Of a stretch of 64,000 bases of DNA, positions 10,093 through 19,709 are shown in pieces. The notes beneath the pieces were generated by a model. The model did not search any database, was not told the DNA's origin, and worked only from the letters and a program-made list of their open reading frames with translations. Numbering within the stretch: position 1 is the first letter of the stretch; the number at the start of each line of letters is the position of its first letter. Location of the stretch: assembly GCA_040767965.1 (NCBI GenBank), contig JAXGNR010000004.1, forward strand, positions 640,001 to 704,000, in the 5' to 3' direction. Both the position numbers and the translations under genes were made by a program. This DNA is from Atribacterota bacterium. GTDB lineage: Bacteria > Atribacterota > Phoenicimicrobiia > Phoenicimicrobiales > Stramentimicrobiaceae.

Positions 10093-12764
10093 AGTGATTT
10101 TAATGCCTTCAAATTATTATTTATTTTATCTCTGATATCAGTTAACTCTTTTAATTTTTCTCTTTCTTTAATGATAATGTTTTCAGGTGCTTTTTTTATA
10201 AAATCAGCATTGTTAAGTTTTTTATTGATAACTATCATTTCTTTTTCAGTTTTAAGCTGTTTTTTCTCTAATCTACTTATTTCTGCTTCTAAATCAATTA
10301 AATCTTTTAGAGGAATAAATATTTCTATATCTTCCAATACGCCAGTTGCAGAACATTCTGGTTTTTCAATTGAATTGCCGATTTCAAATTCTTGTACGTG
10401 AGCTAGATTTTTTATAAAAGAGATGTTACTTTTTATTAAATCTTCTTTATTTGTATTTACCACCCTGAATAAAGTATTTATATTTTTTGTTAAGGGGATA
10501 TTCATTTCAGCTTTAATATTTCGAATTGTTTTAATTACTTCCTGAATTGTTTCTACTTTCACATTAATTGTTTTTACTATTTCTTCTTTTTTATAATCTG
10601 GCCAGTTTGAAACAGAGATACTTATTTCATTGTGAGGAATTTTTTGCCATATTTCTTCTGTTATAAAAGGCATAAATGGATGCAGTAATTTTAATATTTT
10701 ATCTAAAACAAACCATAAAACATATTGAGCTGTCTTTCTTTCCGGGCAATCATCTTTGCGATATAATGTTTCTTTAATTAATTCTATATACCAGTCACAA
10801 AAGAAATCCCAGGTAAACTCGTAAATGGACATGGCTGCATCGCTGAATTTATAATTTTCTAAACTATTAGTAACTTTTTTAATAGTTTCATAAAGTTTAT
10901 TGATAATCCACTGATCATATATACTTAGATTTAGTTCATTTAATTTTACGTCATTGATATTAAAATCCTGTAGATGGGTTAATGAAAAACGGGCTACATT
11001 CCAGATTTTATTTGTAAAATTTCTAAATGTTTCAATCTTGTCCTTTGCCAGCCTAATATAATTTGCTTGAATTGTTAATGATGCCAAGGTCATACGTAAA
11101 GCATCTGCTCCATACTGATCTATCATAATCAGCGGATCAATCACATTACCTTTGGATTTACTCATTTTTTTTCCTTCAATATCTTTTATTAAAGGATTAA
11201 TAAATACTTTATGGAAAGGTATTTCTTTTCTGAATTTAATTCCCATCATCATCATTCGGGCTACCCAGAAAAAGATGATGTCAAAACCGGTGATTAGTAA
11301 AGAAGTTGGGTAAAAATCTTTAAAATCATCAGTTTTATCAGGCCATCCCAAAGTAGAAAAAGGCCAAAGAGCTGAGCTGAACCAGGTGTCTAATACATCT
11401 TTGTCCTGTAGTAAATTTTTGCTTTTGCATTTGGTACATTCATCTGGGTCTTCTAACTGAACAATTATTTCTCCACAATCCTGGCAATACCAAACAGGAA
11501 TGCGATGACCCCACCAAAGTTGCCTGGAGATACACCAGTCTTTTATATTATACATCCATTCATAATAAACTTTTGTCCATCTTTTTGGAACGAAAGAAGT
11601 TTTTTCTGATTCCACTGCTTCAATAGTTGGCTTAGCCAGTTTTTCAATCTTTACAAACCATTGTTTTGACAAGTAAGGCTCAATCACTGTGTCGCACCTA
11701 TAGCAATGCCCTAAAGAGTGTTGATAATTTTCTATTTTTTCTAAAAATCCTTTTTCCTGTAAATCATTTATAATTATATCTCTGCATTTTTGAACATTTA
11801 AGTTAGCATAATTCCCGGCGTTTTTATTTGTAGTTCCATCATCATTTAGAATATTAATCACCTCTAACTGATGTCTCTTCCCTAATTCAAAATCATTAAG
11901 GTCGTGCGCAGGAGTAATTTTAACTGCACCGGTGCCAAATTCAGGATCAACATAATCATCAGCAACAATGGGTAATTCCCGACCAACTATTGGTAAAATA
12001 GCAATTTTTCCAATATATTTTTTATATCTTTTGTCTTTGGGGTTAACTGCTATTGCAGTATCGCCAAGCATTGTTTCCGGGCGCGTGGTAGCAATAGTAA
12101 TATTATCATTTTCAGAATCTTTTAGGGGATAATTAATGTAATAGAGTTTAGAATTTTCCCCTCTTTGTTCAACTTCGATTTCTGCCAGAGCTGTTTGGCA
12201 ACGAGGACACCAGTTAATTACATAATTAGATCTGTAAATTAATCCTTCTTCATATAGTGTAACAAAAACATTCCTGACAGCTTTAGACAATCCTTCATCC
12301 AGAGTAAACCTTAAACGAGACCAATCACAGGAACATCCCATTTTTTTTAGCTGATTTAAAATATTAGAACCATATTCTTCTCTCCACAGCCAGGCTCTTT
12401 TTTCAAATTCTTCCCTTCCTAAATCATATCTGGTTTTCCCTTCTTTCGCTATTTCTCTTTCCACAACATTTTGAGTAGCTATGCCAGCATGGTCTGTTCC
12501 AGGAAGCCAAAGAGTGTTATACCCTTGCATTCTTTTCCAGCGGATCATTATATCCTGCAATGTATTATTAAGAGCATGTCCAATGTGCAATGAACCTGTT
12601 ATATTAGGTGGCGGCATAACGATAGAATAGTTTTTCTCTTTTGCTGTATTATTTTTGGCCTCAAATATATTGTTTTTTAACCAATATTTATACCAGTGAT
12701 CTTCCACAATTTTCGGGTTATATACAGGCTGTAATTCATTTGTATTTTTTTGCTGTTTATCCAT
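10089..12764 (-). CDS. valS: Valine--tRNA ligase
   Basis: PPPNITGSLHIGH, DWCISRQLWWGH, KMSKS, C-terminal coiled coil; ATG 12764 has an AGGAG RBS, whereas the ORF-track start 12830 falls inside the T-box terminator. Confidence 0.98.
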   Translation of the reverse strand: MDKQQKNTNELQPVYNPKIVEDHWYKYWLKNNIFEAKNNTAKEKNYSIVMPPPNITGSLHIGHALNNTLQDIMIRWKRMQGYNTLWLPGTDHAGIATQNVVEREIAKEGKTRYDLGREEFEKRAWLWREEYGSNILNQLKKMGCSCDWSRLRFTLDEGLSKAVRNVFVTLYEEGLIYRSNYVINWCPRCQTALAEIEVEQRGENSKLYYINYPLKDSENDNITIATTRPETMLGDTAIAVNPKDKRYKKYIGKIAILPIVGRELPIVADDYVDPEFGTGAVKITPAHDLNDFELGKRHQLEVINILNDDGTTNKNAGNYANLNVQKCRDIIINDLQEKGFLEKIENYQHSLGHCYRCDTVIEPYLSKQWFVKIEKLAKPTIEAVESEKTSFVPKRWTKVYYEWMYNIKDWCISRQLWWGHRIPVWYCQDCGEIIVQLEDPDECTKCKSKNLLQDKDVLDTWFSSALWPFSTLGWPDKTDDFKDFYPTSLLITGFDIIFFWVARMMMMGIKFRKEIPFHKVFINPLIKDIEGKKMSKSKGNVIDPLIMIDQYGADALRMTLASLTIQANYIRLAKDKIETFRNFTNKIWNVARFSLTHLQDFNINDVKLNELNLSIYDQWIINKLYETIKKVTNSLENYKFSDAAMSIYEFTWDFFCDWYIELIKETLYRKDDCPERKTAQYVLWFVLDKILKLLHPFMPFITEEIWQKIPHNEISISVSNWPDYKKEEIVKTINVKVETIQEVIKTIRNIKAEMNIPLTKNINTLFRVVNTNKEDLIKSNISFIKNLAHVQEFEIGNSIEKPECSATGVLEDIEIFIPLKDLIDLEAEISRLEKKQLKTEKEMIVINKKLNNADFIKKAPENIIIKEREKLKELTDIRDKINNNLKALKSL

Positions 12765-12809
12765 TTTTAAATTCTCCTGAAATTCTACAAAAATATAGCT
12801 AATTATATA

Positions 12810-13010
12810 AAAACAAAAAACCCTTTTCATCCTTTTTAAGGACGAAAAGGGTTCGCGGTACCACCTTAATTCCTTTTCATATTAAAATATACGAAAAGGA
12901 TCTCTTAAGTTTTAACGGTACAACCGAAAGATCTTACTTTGATGTTTTCAGATCCAGAGTTGGGAGGACTTTCAATAAAAAATATTTTTATTTACTCTTT
13001 CCCATTAAGC
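12810..13010 (-). promoter_or_regulatory. T-box riboswitch (valS leader, transcription attenuation)
   Basis: Minus strand: AAGG-TGGTACC-GCG...CGT-CCTT antiterminator (12831-12868), overlapping terminator CCCTTTTCGTCCTT/AAGGATGAAAAGGG + T-run, CCGTTA motif, AGTA/GAA loop-E motifs, candidate Val specifier GTC at 12967-12969. Confidence 0.9.
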
Positions 13011-13032
13011 ATAAAAATATATTTCTTTAGTA

Positions 13033-13061
13033 ATGTTACTATTTCATAAAATTATTGTCAA
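13033..13061 (-). promoter_or_regulatory. Sigma70-type promoter for valS leader
   Basis: TTGACA-17 nt-TAACAT directly upstream of the T-box. Confidence 0.6.
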
Positions 13062-13073
13062 GTCAAGGAGGTT

Positions 13074-14354
13074 TTATGCTGTTTCTCTTTCTTTACCATT
13101 GTTGTTTATGATATCAGAATTAGAAATAGCATCTTCGTTATTTTCAATAATCTTTTTTGTAACAGTAAACTCTTTCACATCTTTCATTGAAGGGATATTG
13201 TACATAATGTCCAGCATGGCCTCTTCAATTATTGCTCTTAAGCCTCTTGCACCGGTTTTTCTGCTTAGAGCCTTATCGGCTACTGCCTCCAATGCCGGTC
13301 TCGTAAATTTTAAATCTATCCCCTGATTACGAAGCATTTGCTGATATTGCAGCGTGATAGCATTTTTCGGTTTAGTTAAGATGTCTATCAGGGAATTTCT
13401 ATCCAGGTAATCAATATTTGTAATAATAGTAAGCCTGCCCACTAATTCTGGGATAAGGCCATATTTTACCAAATCTTCCGGAAGTACATTTTTAAGTATG
13501 GCGGATTCATCTTTTCTGTTTACTGGACCGTAAATATCAGAATTAAAACCAATGAGATTTGTTTGCAAGCGTCCTTTTATGATATTTTCTAATCCTTCAA
13601 AAGTACCTCCGCAAATAAAAAGTATTTGAGAAGTATCAATATCTATATTTTTTTGATGAGGATGCTTTCTGCCTCCCTGTAAAGGCATAGAAGCAATAGT
13701 CCCTTCGATTATTTTCAGTAAGGCCTGTTGAACACCTTCTCCGGAAACATCTCTGGTAATGGATGGATTTTCAGACTTTCGGGCAATTTTATCAATCTCA
13801 TCAATATAGATAATACCGGTTTGGGCTTTGTTAATATCTTCACCTGCTGCATGGTATAGCTTCAAAAGTACATTTTCTACATCATCCCCAACATAACCAG
13901 CTTCTGTTAAAGTTGTAGCATCGGCTATGGCAAAAGGTACTTCAAGCATTTTTGCCAATGTCCTAGCTAGAAGAGTTTTCCCGCATCCGCTGGGACCAAG
14001 CAAAAGAATATTGCTTTTTTCCAGCTCAACAAGATTATCAGCTGTTTTTTTGTTATTATTATCTTTGATAAAGTAATTATTTTTTAATCTTTGATAATGA
14101 TTATACACAGCTACGGATAATACTTTTTTTGCTTTTTCCTGGCCAACAACATATTGATCAAGAAAAGTTTTAATTTCTTCCGGGATAGGGATGTTTTTTA
14201 TAGAAAAATGCTCATGATTTTGTGTTTTTTTATTATCTTCTTTTAAAATATAGCTACATACCTGGATACATTCATTACAAATATTAACTTCATTAGGTCC
14301 AGATACGATTTTTCCAACTTCGGTCTGGTCTTTTCCGCAAAATGAACATTTCAT
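13074..14354 (-). CDS. clpX: ATP-dependent Clp protease ATP-binding subunit ClpX
   Basis: CSFCGK..ICNEC zinc domain, [25 protein letters not shown] loop, TGARGLR; ATG 14354 has a GAGGTG RBS. Confidence 0.98.
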   Translation of the reverse strand: MKCSFCGKDQTEVGKIVSGPNEVNICNECIQVCSYILKEDNKKTQNHEHFSIKNIPIPEEIKTFLDQYVVGQEKAKKVLSVAVYNHYQRLKNNYFIKDNNNKKTADNLVELEKSNILLLGPSGCGKTLLARTLAKMLEVPFAIADATTLTEAGYVGDDVENVLLKLYHAAGEDINKAQTGIIYIDEIDKIARKSENPSITRDVSGEGVQQALLKIIEGTIASMPLQGGRKHPHQKNIDIDTSQILFICGGTFEGLENIIKGRLQTNLIGFNSDIYGPVNRKDESAILKNVLPEDLVKYGLIPELVGRLTIITNIDYLDRNSLIDILTKPKNAITLQYQQMLRNQGIDLKFTRPALEAVADKALSRKTGARGLRAIIEEAMLDIMYNIPSMKDVKEFTVTKKIIENNEDAISNSDIINNNGKERETA

Positions 14355-14381
14355 TATAAAACACCTCAATCTGTATTATTG

Positions 14382-14966
14382 CTAAACACGTTTTTTAATA
14401 ACTTCATCAACAACTCCATAAGCTTTAGCCTCATCGCCTGTCATGTAAAAATCTCTATCAGTATCTTTTTCTACTCTTTCGTAAGGCTGATTGGTATGGA
14501 ATGTTATAATTTCGTTTAATTTCTTTTTAATTCTTAAAAGTTCCTTTGTTTGTATTTCTATATCCGACACTTGTCCCTGGGCACCGCCTAATGGCTGATG
14601 TAACATTATTCTGGAATTAGGCAGTGATGATCTTTTTCCCCTGGTTCCTGAAGCCAGGATTAAAGCAGCACCGCTTGCAGCCATTCCAATACAGATTGTA
14701 GCAACATCTGATTTAATGTATTGAATTGTATCATAAATAGCAATAGTTGAGCTAACTGAACCTCCCGGGCTGTTAATGTATAAAAATATGTCTTTTTCTG
14801 GATCGCTGGCTTCTAAAAATAGCAGCTGAGCTATAATAATATTTGCAGCTTGATCGTCAATTTCTGTTCCTAAAAAGATAATTCTATCTTTTAAAAGTCT
14901 TGAATATATATCATAAGACCTCTCCCCTTGAGGAGTCTTTTCAACTACAATTGGAACTAAATGCAT
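14382..14966 (-). CDS. clpP: Clp protease proteolytic subunit
   Basis: [38 protein letters not shown]. Confidence 0.99.
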   Translation of the reverse strand: MHLVPIVVEKTPQGERSYDIYSRLLKDRIIFLGTEIDDQAANIIIAQLLFLEASDPEKDIFLYINSPGGSVSSTIAIYDTIQYIKSDVATICIGMAASGAALILASGTRGKRSSLPNSRIMLHQPLGGAQGQVSDIEIQTKELLRIKKKLNEIITFHTNQPYERVEKDTDRDFYMTGDEAKAYGVVDEVIKKRV

Positions 14967-14978
14967 ATTATTTCCTCC

Positions 14979-16277
14979 TTATTTTTCAGTTACTTTAATA
15001 CGTTTGGTAAGAAGTTCAAAAACTTTTTCTCTTTTAATTTGCTCAGTTAAATTATCTAAAGTATTATTTTTTTCAAACATAGCCCTAACTTTTAAAGGTT
15101 TCTGATTAGTGCTTTGCGCAATTTCATTAATTTTTTCATTTACTTCGTCTTCAGTAGCAGTTATTTTATCATCCTTTATGATTTTGTCAATAATGAGCTC
15201 TTTTTTGATCTGCTGCTTTGCAATATCTCTGTATTCTTTTTTTACTTTCTCTTCATCTGCTTTAATTATTTTATAATAATCTTCTAATTTCATATTTCTG
15301 CTTTTTAAATCTTCCTGCAAATTGTTCATCATGTTTTCAACTTGTTTATTCACAAGTACCTCTGGAGTTTCAAAATCAACTTTTTCAGCAACTTTTTCCA
15401 TTAGTGTTTCATTAAATTCAGTTTCTGATTGATATTTTTTTCTTTCAAATAATTGTTTTTTTATGTGTTCTTTCAGTTCAGCAAGATTCTGATAATTGTC
15501 GCCTATGCTTTTGGCAAAGTCATCGTTTAATTCTGGCAATTCTTTTTCTTTAATTTCTGAAATTTTTATCTGATAAATAATTTCTTTTCCTGCAAGGTCT
15601 TTATCAGCTGCATCTGCTGGAATTTTCATGATAACTTCTTTTTCTGTTCCAGGCTGTAAGTTAATTAAATTATCATTGAATTCTTTTGGTGCCCTATCAC
15701 CTAATTGAATCATTTGTTTTTCTCTTTTGCCTTCATCAAGAGGCTTACCATCAACAAGAGCAGTATAATCAACAATTAAAAAATCTCCCATTTTAGAAGG
15801 TCTGTCCTCTACACTTATTAATTTTCCATGACTTTCTCTTATTCTTTCCAGATCATCATTGATCTCTTTTTCTTCAACTGTCGGAATATTTTTCTCTAAA
15901 GAGATATCGTTCAAGTCAGGTATGGTAATATCTGGTCTCATTTCTAAAATTATTTTGTAAACAAAGGGGTTTTCCTTATCTATCTGCACTATATCTATGT
16001 TCGGAACATCGATTGGATCCAGCTCGCTGTTAGTTATAGCATCAGTGTAACTGTCTTTGATAAGTTTTTCTGCAACCTGTTGATCGATGTATTCTTTCCC
16101 TAAGTTCATTTCCAATATATTAATTGGAACTCTACCAGTTCTAAATCCGGGTATTTTTACTTTTTGTGAAAGTTCCCGATAAATATTATTATATTCTTGT
16201 TTAACTTTTTCATTATCAATTGTAACTTTTAAATCAATTATATTATTTTCTTTTTTTTCTTTCTCTATATTGATCAT
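14979..16277 (-). CDS. tig: Trigger factor
   Basis: IPGFRTGRVP ribosome-binding motif, FKBP-like middle domain, tig-clpP-clpX order; ATG 16277 follows GGAGGTG. Confidence 0.96.
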   Translation of the reverse strand: MINIEKEKKENNIIDLKVTIDNEKVKQEYNNIYRELSQKVKIPGFRTGRVPINILEMNLGKEYIDQQVAEKLIKDSYTDAITNSELDPIDVPNIDIVQIDKENPFVYKIILEMRPDITIPDLNDISLEKNIPTVEEKEINDDLERIRESHGKLISVEDRPSKMGDFLIVDYTALVDGKPLDEGKREKQMIQLGDRAPKEFNDNLINLQPGTEKEVIMKIPADAADKDLAGKEIIYQIKISEIKEKELPELNDDFAKSIGDNYQNLAELKEHIKKQLFERKKYQSETEFNETLMEKVAEKVDFETPEVLVNKQVENMMNNLQEDLKSRNMKLEDYYKIIKADEEKVKKEYRDIAKQQIKKELIIDKIIKDDKITATEDEVNEKINEIAQSTNQKPLKVRAMFEKNNTLDNLTEQIKREKVFELLTKRIKVTEK

Positions 16278-16311
16278 TTGAGAACACCTCCAAATGTTTT
16301 GCTCAATCATA

Positions 16312-16338
16312 ATAAAACCGCAAAAAATATTTTGCGGT
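16312..16338 (-). terminator. Probable intrinsic terminator of the tRNA operon
   Basis: ACCGCAAAA-tatt-TTTTGCGGT followed by a T-rich tract on the minus strand. Confidence 0.55.
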
Positions 16339-16437
16339 GGTTCGGTTTAATATATTATTTATTCAAATCACAAAAAATTAACAATCTTTATAGTTTTTTG
16401 TTTTTTGCTTTTTTATTCTTAGGTTAGCTTTTCTATC

Positions 16438-16522
16438 TGGTGCGAGAGGCGGGACTCGAACCCGCATGGAGTTACCCACTGGATCCTAAATCCAGCGTGT
16501 CTACCGGTTCCACCACCCTCGC
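16438..16522 (-). tRNA. tRNA-Leu(TAG)
   Basis: Cloverleaf with long variable arm, anticodon arm CTGGA-TTTAGGA-TCCAG, GGTTCGAG, CCA end. Confidence 0.96.
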
Positions 16523-16535
16523 TTTTATATATTAT

Positions 16536-16611
16536 TGGTGGGCTGTACAGGATTCGAACCTGTGACACCCTGATTAAAAGTCAGGTGCTCTGCCAACTGA
16601 GCTAACGGCCC
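16536..16611 (-). tRNA. tRNA-Lys(TTT)
   Basis: CCTGA-CTTTTAA-TCAGG anticodon arm, CCA end. Confidence 0.97.
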
Positions 16612-16636
16612 ATTAAATTATATATTCACGCGAATT

Positions 16637-16713
16637 TGGCGCGCTCGGAGGGAGTCGAACCCCCAGCCCTTGGATCCGAAGTCCACAGCTCTATCCTATT
16701 GAGCTACGAGCGC
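16637..16713 (-). tRNA. tRNA-Arg(TCG)
   Basis: GTGGA-CTTCGGA-TCCAA anticodon arm, GGTTCGAC, CCA end. Confidence 0.93.
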
Positions 16714-16718
16714 TCAAT

Positions 16719-16797
16719 TGGGGTGAGCGATGGGATTTGAACCCATGACCACTGGAGCCACAATCCAGGGCTCTAACCGGACTGAGCTACGCCCACC
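16719..16797 (-). tRNA. tRNA-His(GTG)
   Basis: CTGGA-TTGTGGC-TCCAG anticodon arm, encoded G-1, CCCA end. Confidence 0.96.
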
Positions 16798-16815
16798 ACG
16801 AAATATCCTCTGTCA

Positions 16816-16892
16816 TGGCGCGCCCGGAGGGAGTCGAACCCCCAGCCTACGGATTAGAAGTCCGTTGCTCTATCCTATTGAGCTACAGGCGC
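16816..16892 (-). tRNA. tRNA-Arg(TCT)
   Basis: ACGGA-CTTCTAA-TCCGT anticodon arm, CCA end. Confidence 0.96.
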
Positions 16893-16905
16893 AATTTAAA
16901 AAATT

Positions 16906-16981
16906 TGGAGCGGGAAACGGGTCTCGAACCCGCGACAACCAGCTTGGAAGGCTAGTGCTCTACCAACTGAGCTATTCCCGC
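16906..16981 (-). tRNA. tRNA-Gly(TCC)
   Basis: GCGGGAATAGCTCAG start, CTAGC-CTTCCAA-GCTGG, TCCA end. Confidence 0.97.
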
Positions 16982-16984
16982 TCA

Positions 16985-17062
16985 TGGTCGGGGTGAGAGG
17001 ATTTGAACCTCCGACCCCCTGCTCCCAAAGCAGGTGCGCTAGCCAAACTGCGCTACACCCCG
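16985..17062 (-). tRNA. tRNA-Pro(TGG)
   Basis: CGGGGTGTAGCGCAG start, CCTGC-TTTGGGA-GCAGG, ACCA end. Confidence 0.97.
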
Positions 17063-17072
17063 AAACATAAGT

Positions 17073-17101
17073 ATTATATAGTATATCTTATGAGAAGTCA
17101 A
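17073..17101 (-). promoter_or_regulatory. Sigma70 promoter of the tRNA operon
   Basis: TTGACT-17 nt-TATAAT, 10 nt upstream of tRNA-Pro, AT-rich upstream tract. Confidence 0.8.
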
Positions 17102-17198
17102 TAAAGATAAAATAATTTTCTCTACTTTCTTTTACCATACAATATCATTATAAAGAATAATTCTAATAAATCAAATATATTTAACAAAAAATTTTTAA

Positions 17199-17792
17199 CT
17201 ATTCTAAACCGAAATGGGAAATCATGAGTTCAATCATTTTTTCCAGAGCAATAGATCTGTGACTAATTTTATTTTTAATGTTTTCCCCTAGTTGTGCAAA
17301 CGTTCTTTTATATCCTTCCGGGATAAAAATTGGATCATAACCGAATCCGTATTTCCCTTTTGGTGAACTTGCAATATAACCTTCACAGTTACCTTCTGTA
17401 AAATAAAGATCACCTCCCGGGAGAGACAAGCACATTACACACCTGAAACGTGCCTTTCTTTGTTTATTATTTGCATTTTTCAGGGATTGCAGTGCATTTA
17501 AAATTCTTTCACAATCATTATTACCCCATCTGGCAGAATAAATTCCTGGCTTTTTATCCAGATAATCTATCTCCAGACCGGAATCATCAGCAAGTGCAGG
17601 CAACCTAGTATATTCAGAAACATATTTGGCTTTCAGCTGAGCATTTTCAGAAAATGTATGACCATCCTCCTTAATATCCGGAATTAATGGATAATTAGAT
17701 AAACATTCAAATTCAAAAGGAATGTTTTTTGTTTTATTAATAATTTCTTTTATTTTCCCTTTATTTTTAGTAGCTAATACTATTTTTATCAT
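17199..17792 (-). CDS. rdgB: XTP/dITP diphosphatase (HAM1 family)
   Basis: [42 protein letters not shown]. Confidence 0.96.
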   Translation of the reverse strand: MIKIVLATKNKGKIKEIINKTKNIPFEFECLSNYPLIPDIKEDGHTFSENAQLKAKYVSEYTRLPALADDSGLEIDYLDKKPGIYSARWGNNDCERILNALQSLKNANNKQRKARFRCVMCLSLPGGDLYFTEGNCEGYIASSPKGKYGFGYDPIFIPEGYKRTFAQLGENIKNKISHRSIALEKMIELMISHFGLE

Positions 17793-18511
17793 AAAATTCC
17801 AATAATATCCTTTTCTCTGGCAATAACTTGTTGAATTCCGTTTTCGGCTAACTGGATTAACTGATTCAAATTTCTCATTGAAAATGGCCGATCTTCTGCA
17901 GTTCCCTGTATTTCGACTACCTCTCCTCTTTCGGTCATAACCAGGTTCATATCAACTTGGGCCTGACTATCTTCTTTGTAATCCAAATCCAACAACATTT
18001 CTCCATCAACAATACCGACACTTATAGCTCCTAAAAAATGCTTAACAGGTATTGATTCAATTTTCTTTTCAGCTTTCAGATATTTTAAAGCATCTAGTAA
18101 GGCAATAAAAGATCCTATAATAGAGGTGATTCTCGTTCCTCCATCAGCTTGTATAACATCACAATCTATCCAGATCATTCTCGGCCCTAATTTGTCCAGA
18201 TTTACCACTGCTCTCAGAGATCTTCCAATCAGTCTTTGGATTTCCTGTGTTCTACCATTTATTTTTCCTTTTACAGAATCTCGAATATTTCGAATCTGGT
18301 TAGCTCTGGGAATCATTGAGTATTCAGCAGTAATCCAACCCTGCTGGGTGCCTCTGAGAAAAAGAGGAACTTTTTCCTCAACACTGGCAGTGCAGATAAC
18401 TTTTGTATCTCCCATCTCAACCAATGCTGAACCTTCTGAATATTTAATATAATTTTGGGTTACCTTTATAGGTCTGATTTGGTCATATCTCCGATTATAA
18501 GATCTTAGCAT
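17789..18511 (-). CDS. rph: Ribonuclease PH
   Basis: [41 protein letters not shown]. Confidence 0.98.
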   Translation of the reverse strand: MLRSYNRRYDQIRPIKVTQNYIKYSEGSALVEMGDTKVICTASVEEKVPLFLRGTQQGWITAEYSMIPRANQIRNIRDSVKGKINGRTQEIQRLIGRSLRAVVNLDKLGPRMIWIDCDVIQADGGTRITSIIGSFIALLDALKYLKAEKKIESIPVKHFLGAISVGIVDGEMLLDLDYKEDSQAQVDMNLVMTERGEVVEIQGTAEDRPFSMRNLNQLIQLAENGIQQVIAREKDIIGIL

Positions 18512-18579
18512 TCATCCTCCATTTGCTGTATTATAAAATTTAGTAAATTTTTACTAAATTTTAACTAAAAAATTAATAA

Positions 18580-19440
18580 TTAATAAGTTCTATTTATAAT
18601 ATAGTCTGCTAATTCAATAAACAAGGCAGATTTGTCTCCAAAGAGCAAAATGTTATCTTTTGCTCTTTCGCAATAATCTAAAGCTTCTTTTTTTGATTCT
18701 TGTATTCCAAACAATTTTATGTAGGTAGATTTGTTTTCTTCTCTATTATCCTGCTGGATATCCAATAGATCATCAGTTATCTGGAAAGCCATTCCTATAT
18801 TTTCTCCATATTTTTCTAAAGCGTTAAACTGATCTTTTTTTGCATTGAGCAGCAAAGAAGCAGTATTAAGTGAAGCGCAAATCAAGGCTGAGGTTTTATT
18901 GGAATATATTTTTTTGATTTTTTCCTGATTAGCTTGTTTTTTTTGCAAATTGATATCATCAACCTGTCCACCAAGCATTTTTTCGGTTCCAATTTTTGAT
19001 AAAACATACTGAAGCGCATCCAATACGGATTCTTTTGATATACCTTTTACTTTAGAGTTGTTACATATAAAATTTATACCCATAATCAGCAGGGCATCTC
19101 CGGCAAGAGTTGCCAGAGCCTCTCCGTATACTTTATGGTTAGTTAATTTACCTCTTCGATAATCATCATTATCCATACATGGTAAATCGTCATGTATTAA
19201 AGAAAAGGTATGAATCAGCTCAATTCCAGCAGCCGCAGGCAGGACTTTTTCGTGGGAAAAACCCAGCAGTTCTGCTGTCATCATGGTAAGTATTGGCCTT
19301 AATCGTTTTCCTCCATTTAGTACGCTGTAGCGGATAGACTGATGAATCTCTACTGGCTCAGTTTTTTCTGAAGGTAGATTATTTTTTAAATATAGGTTAA
19401 TAATTTCTCTTTTTTCCTGAATATAGGAAATTAATTTCAT
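18580..19440 (-). CDS. ispA: Farnesyl/geranylgeranyl diphosphate synthase
   Basis: GGKRLRP, SLIHDDLPCMDNDDYRRG, FQITDDLLD. Confidence 0.94.
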   Translation of the reverse strand: MKLISYIQEKREIINLYLKNNLPSEKTEPVEIHQSIRYSVLNGGKRLRPILTMMTAELLGFSHEKVLPAAAGIELIHTFSLIHDDLPCMDNDDYRRGKLTNHKVYGEALATLAGDALLIMGINFICNNSKVKGISKESVLDALQYVLSKIGTEKMLGGQVDDINLQKKQANQEKIKKIYSNKTSALICASLNTASLLLNAKKDQFNALEKYGENIGMAFQITDDLLDIQQDNREENKSTYIKLFGIQESKKEALDYCERAKDNILLFGDKSALFIELADYIINRTY

Positions 19441-19445
19441 TTAAA

Positions 19446-19709
19446 TTAAGTATCCTCTCCGTTTTCTGAAAGGGAAAATGGTTCAGTCTGGAATTTATCT
19501 TTTCCATCTCTGGACAATTTTTCTACTTTTTGCTTTGTTTCATTTAATTTTTCCATACATTTATCGGAAAATTCCATTCCTTCTTCGTATAACTTTAGGG
19601 CTTCATCCAGATTTAATTCGCCCTTTTCTAATTCTTCTACTATTTCTTCTAATTTTTTTAAAGAGTCTTCAAAAGACATTTCATCTTTCTTCTTTTCTTT
19701 ATCAGTCAT
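19446..19709 (-). CDS. xseB: Exodeoxyribonuclease VII small subunit
   Basis: SFEDSLKKLEEIVEELEKGELNLDEALKLYEEG. Confidence 0.96.
   Translation of the reverse strand: MTDKEKKKDEMSFEDSLKKLEEIVEELEKGELNLDEALKLYEEGMEFSDKCMEKLNETKQKVEKLSRDGKDKFQTEPFSLSENGEDT

Noticed and set aside
16730-16996. 88-aa plus-strand ORF
   Set aside because: Antisense shadow of the tRNA genes.
18535-18562. AT-rich palindrome AAAATTTAGTAAA-TT-TTTACTAAATTTT between ispA and rph
   Set aside because: Single copy and almost all A/T; I cannot distinguish a weak terminator or operator from chance.
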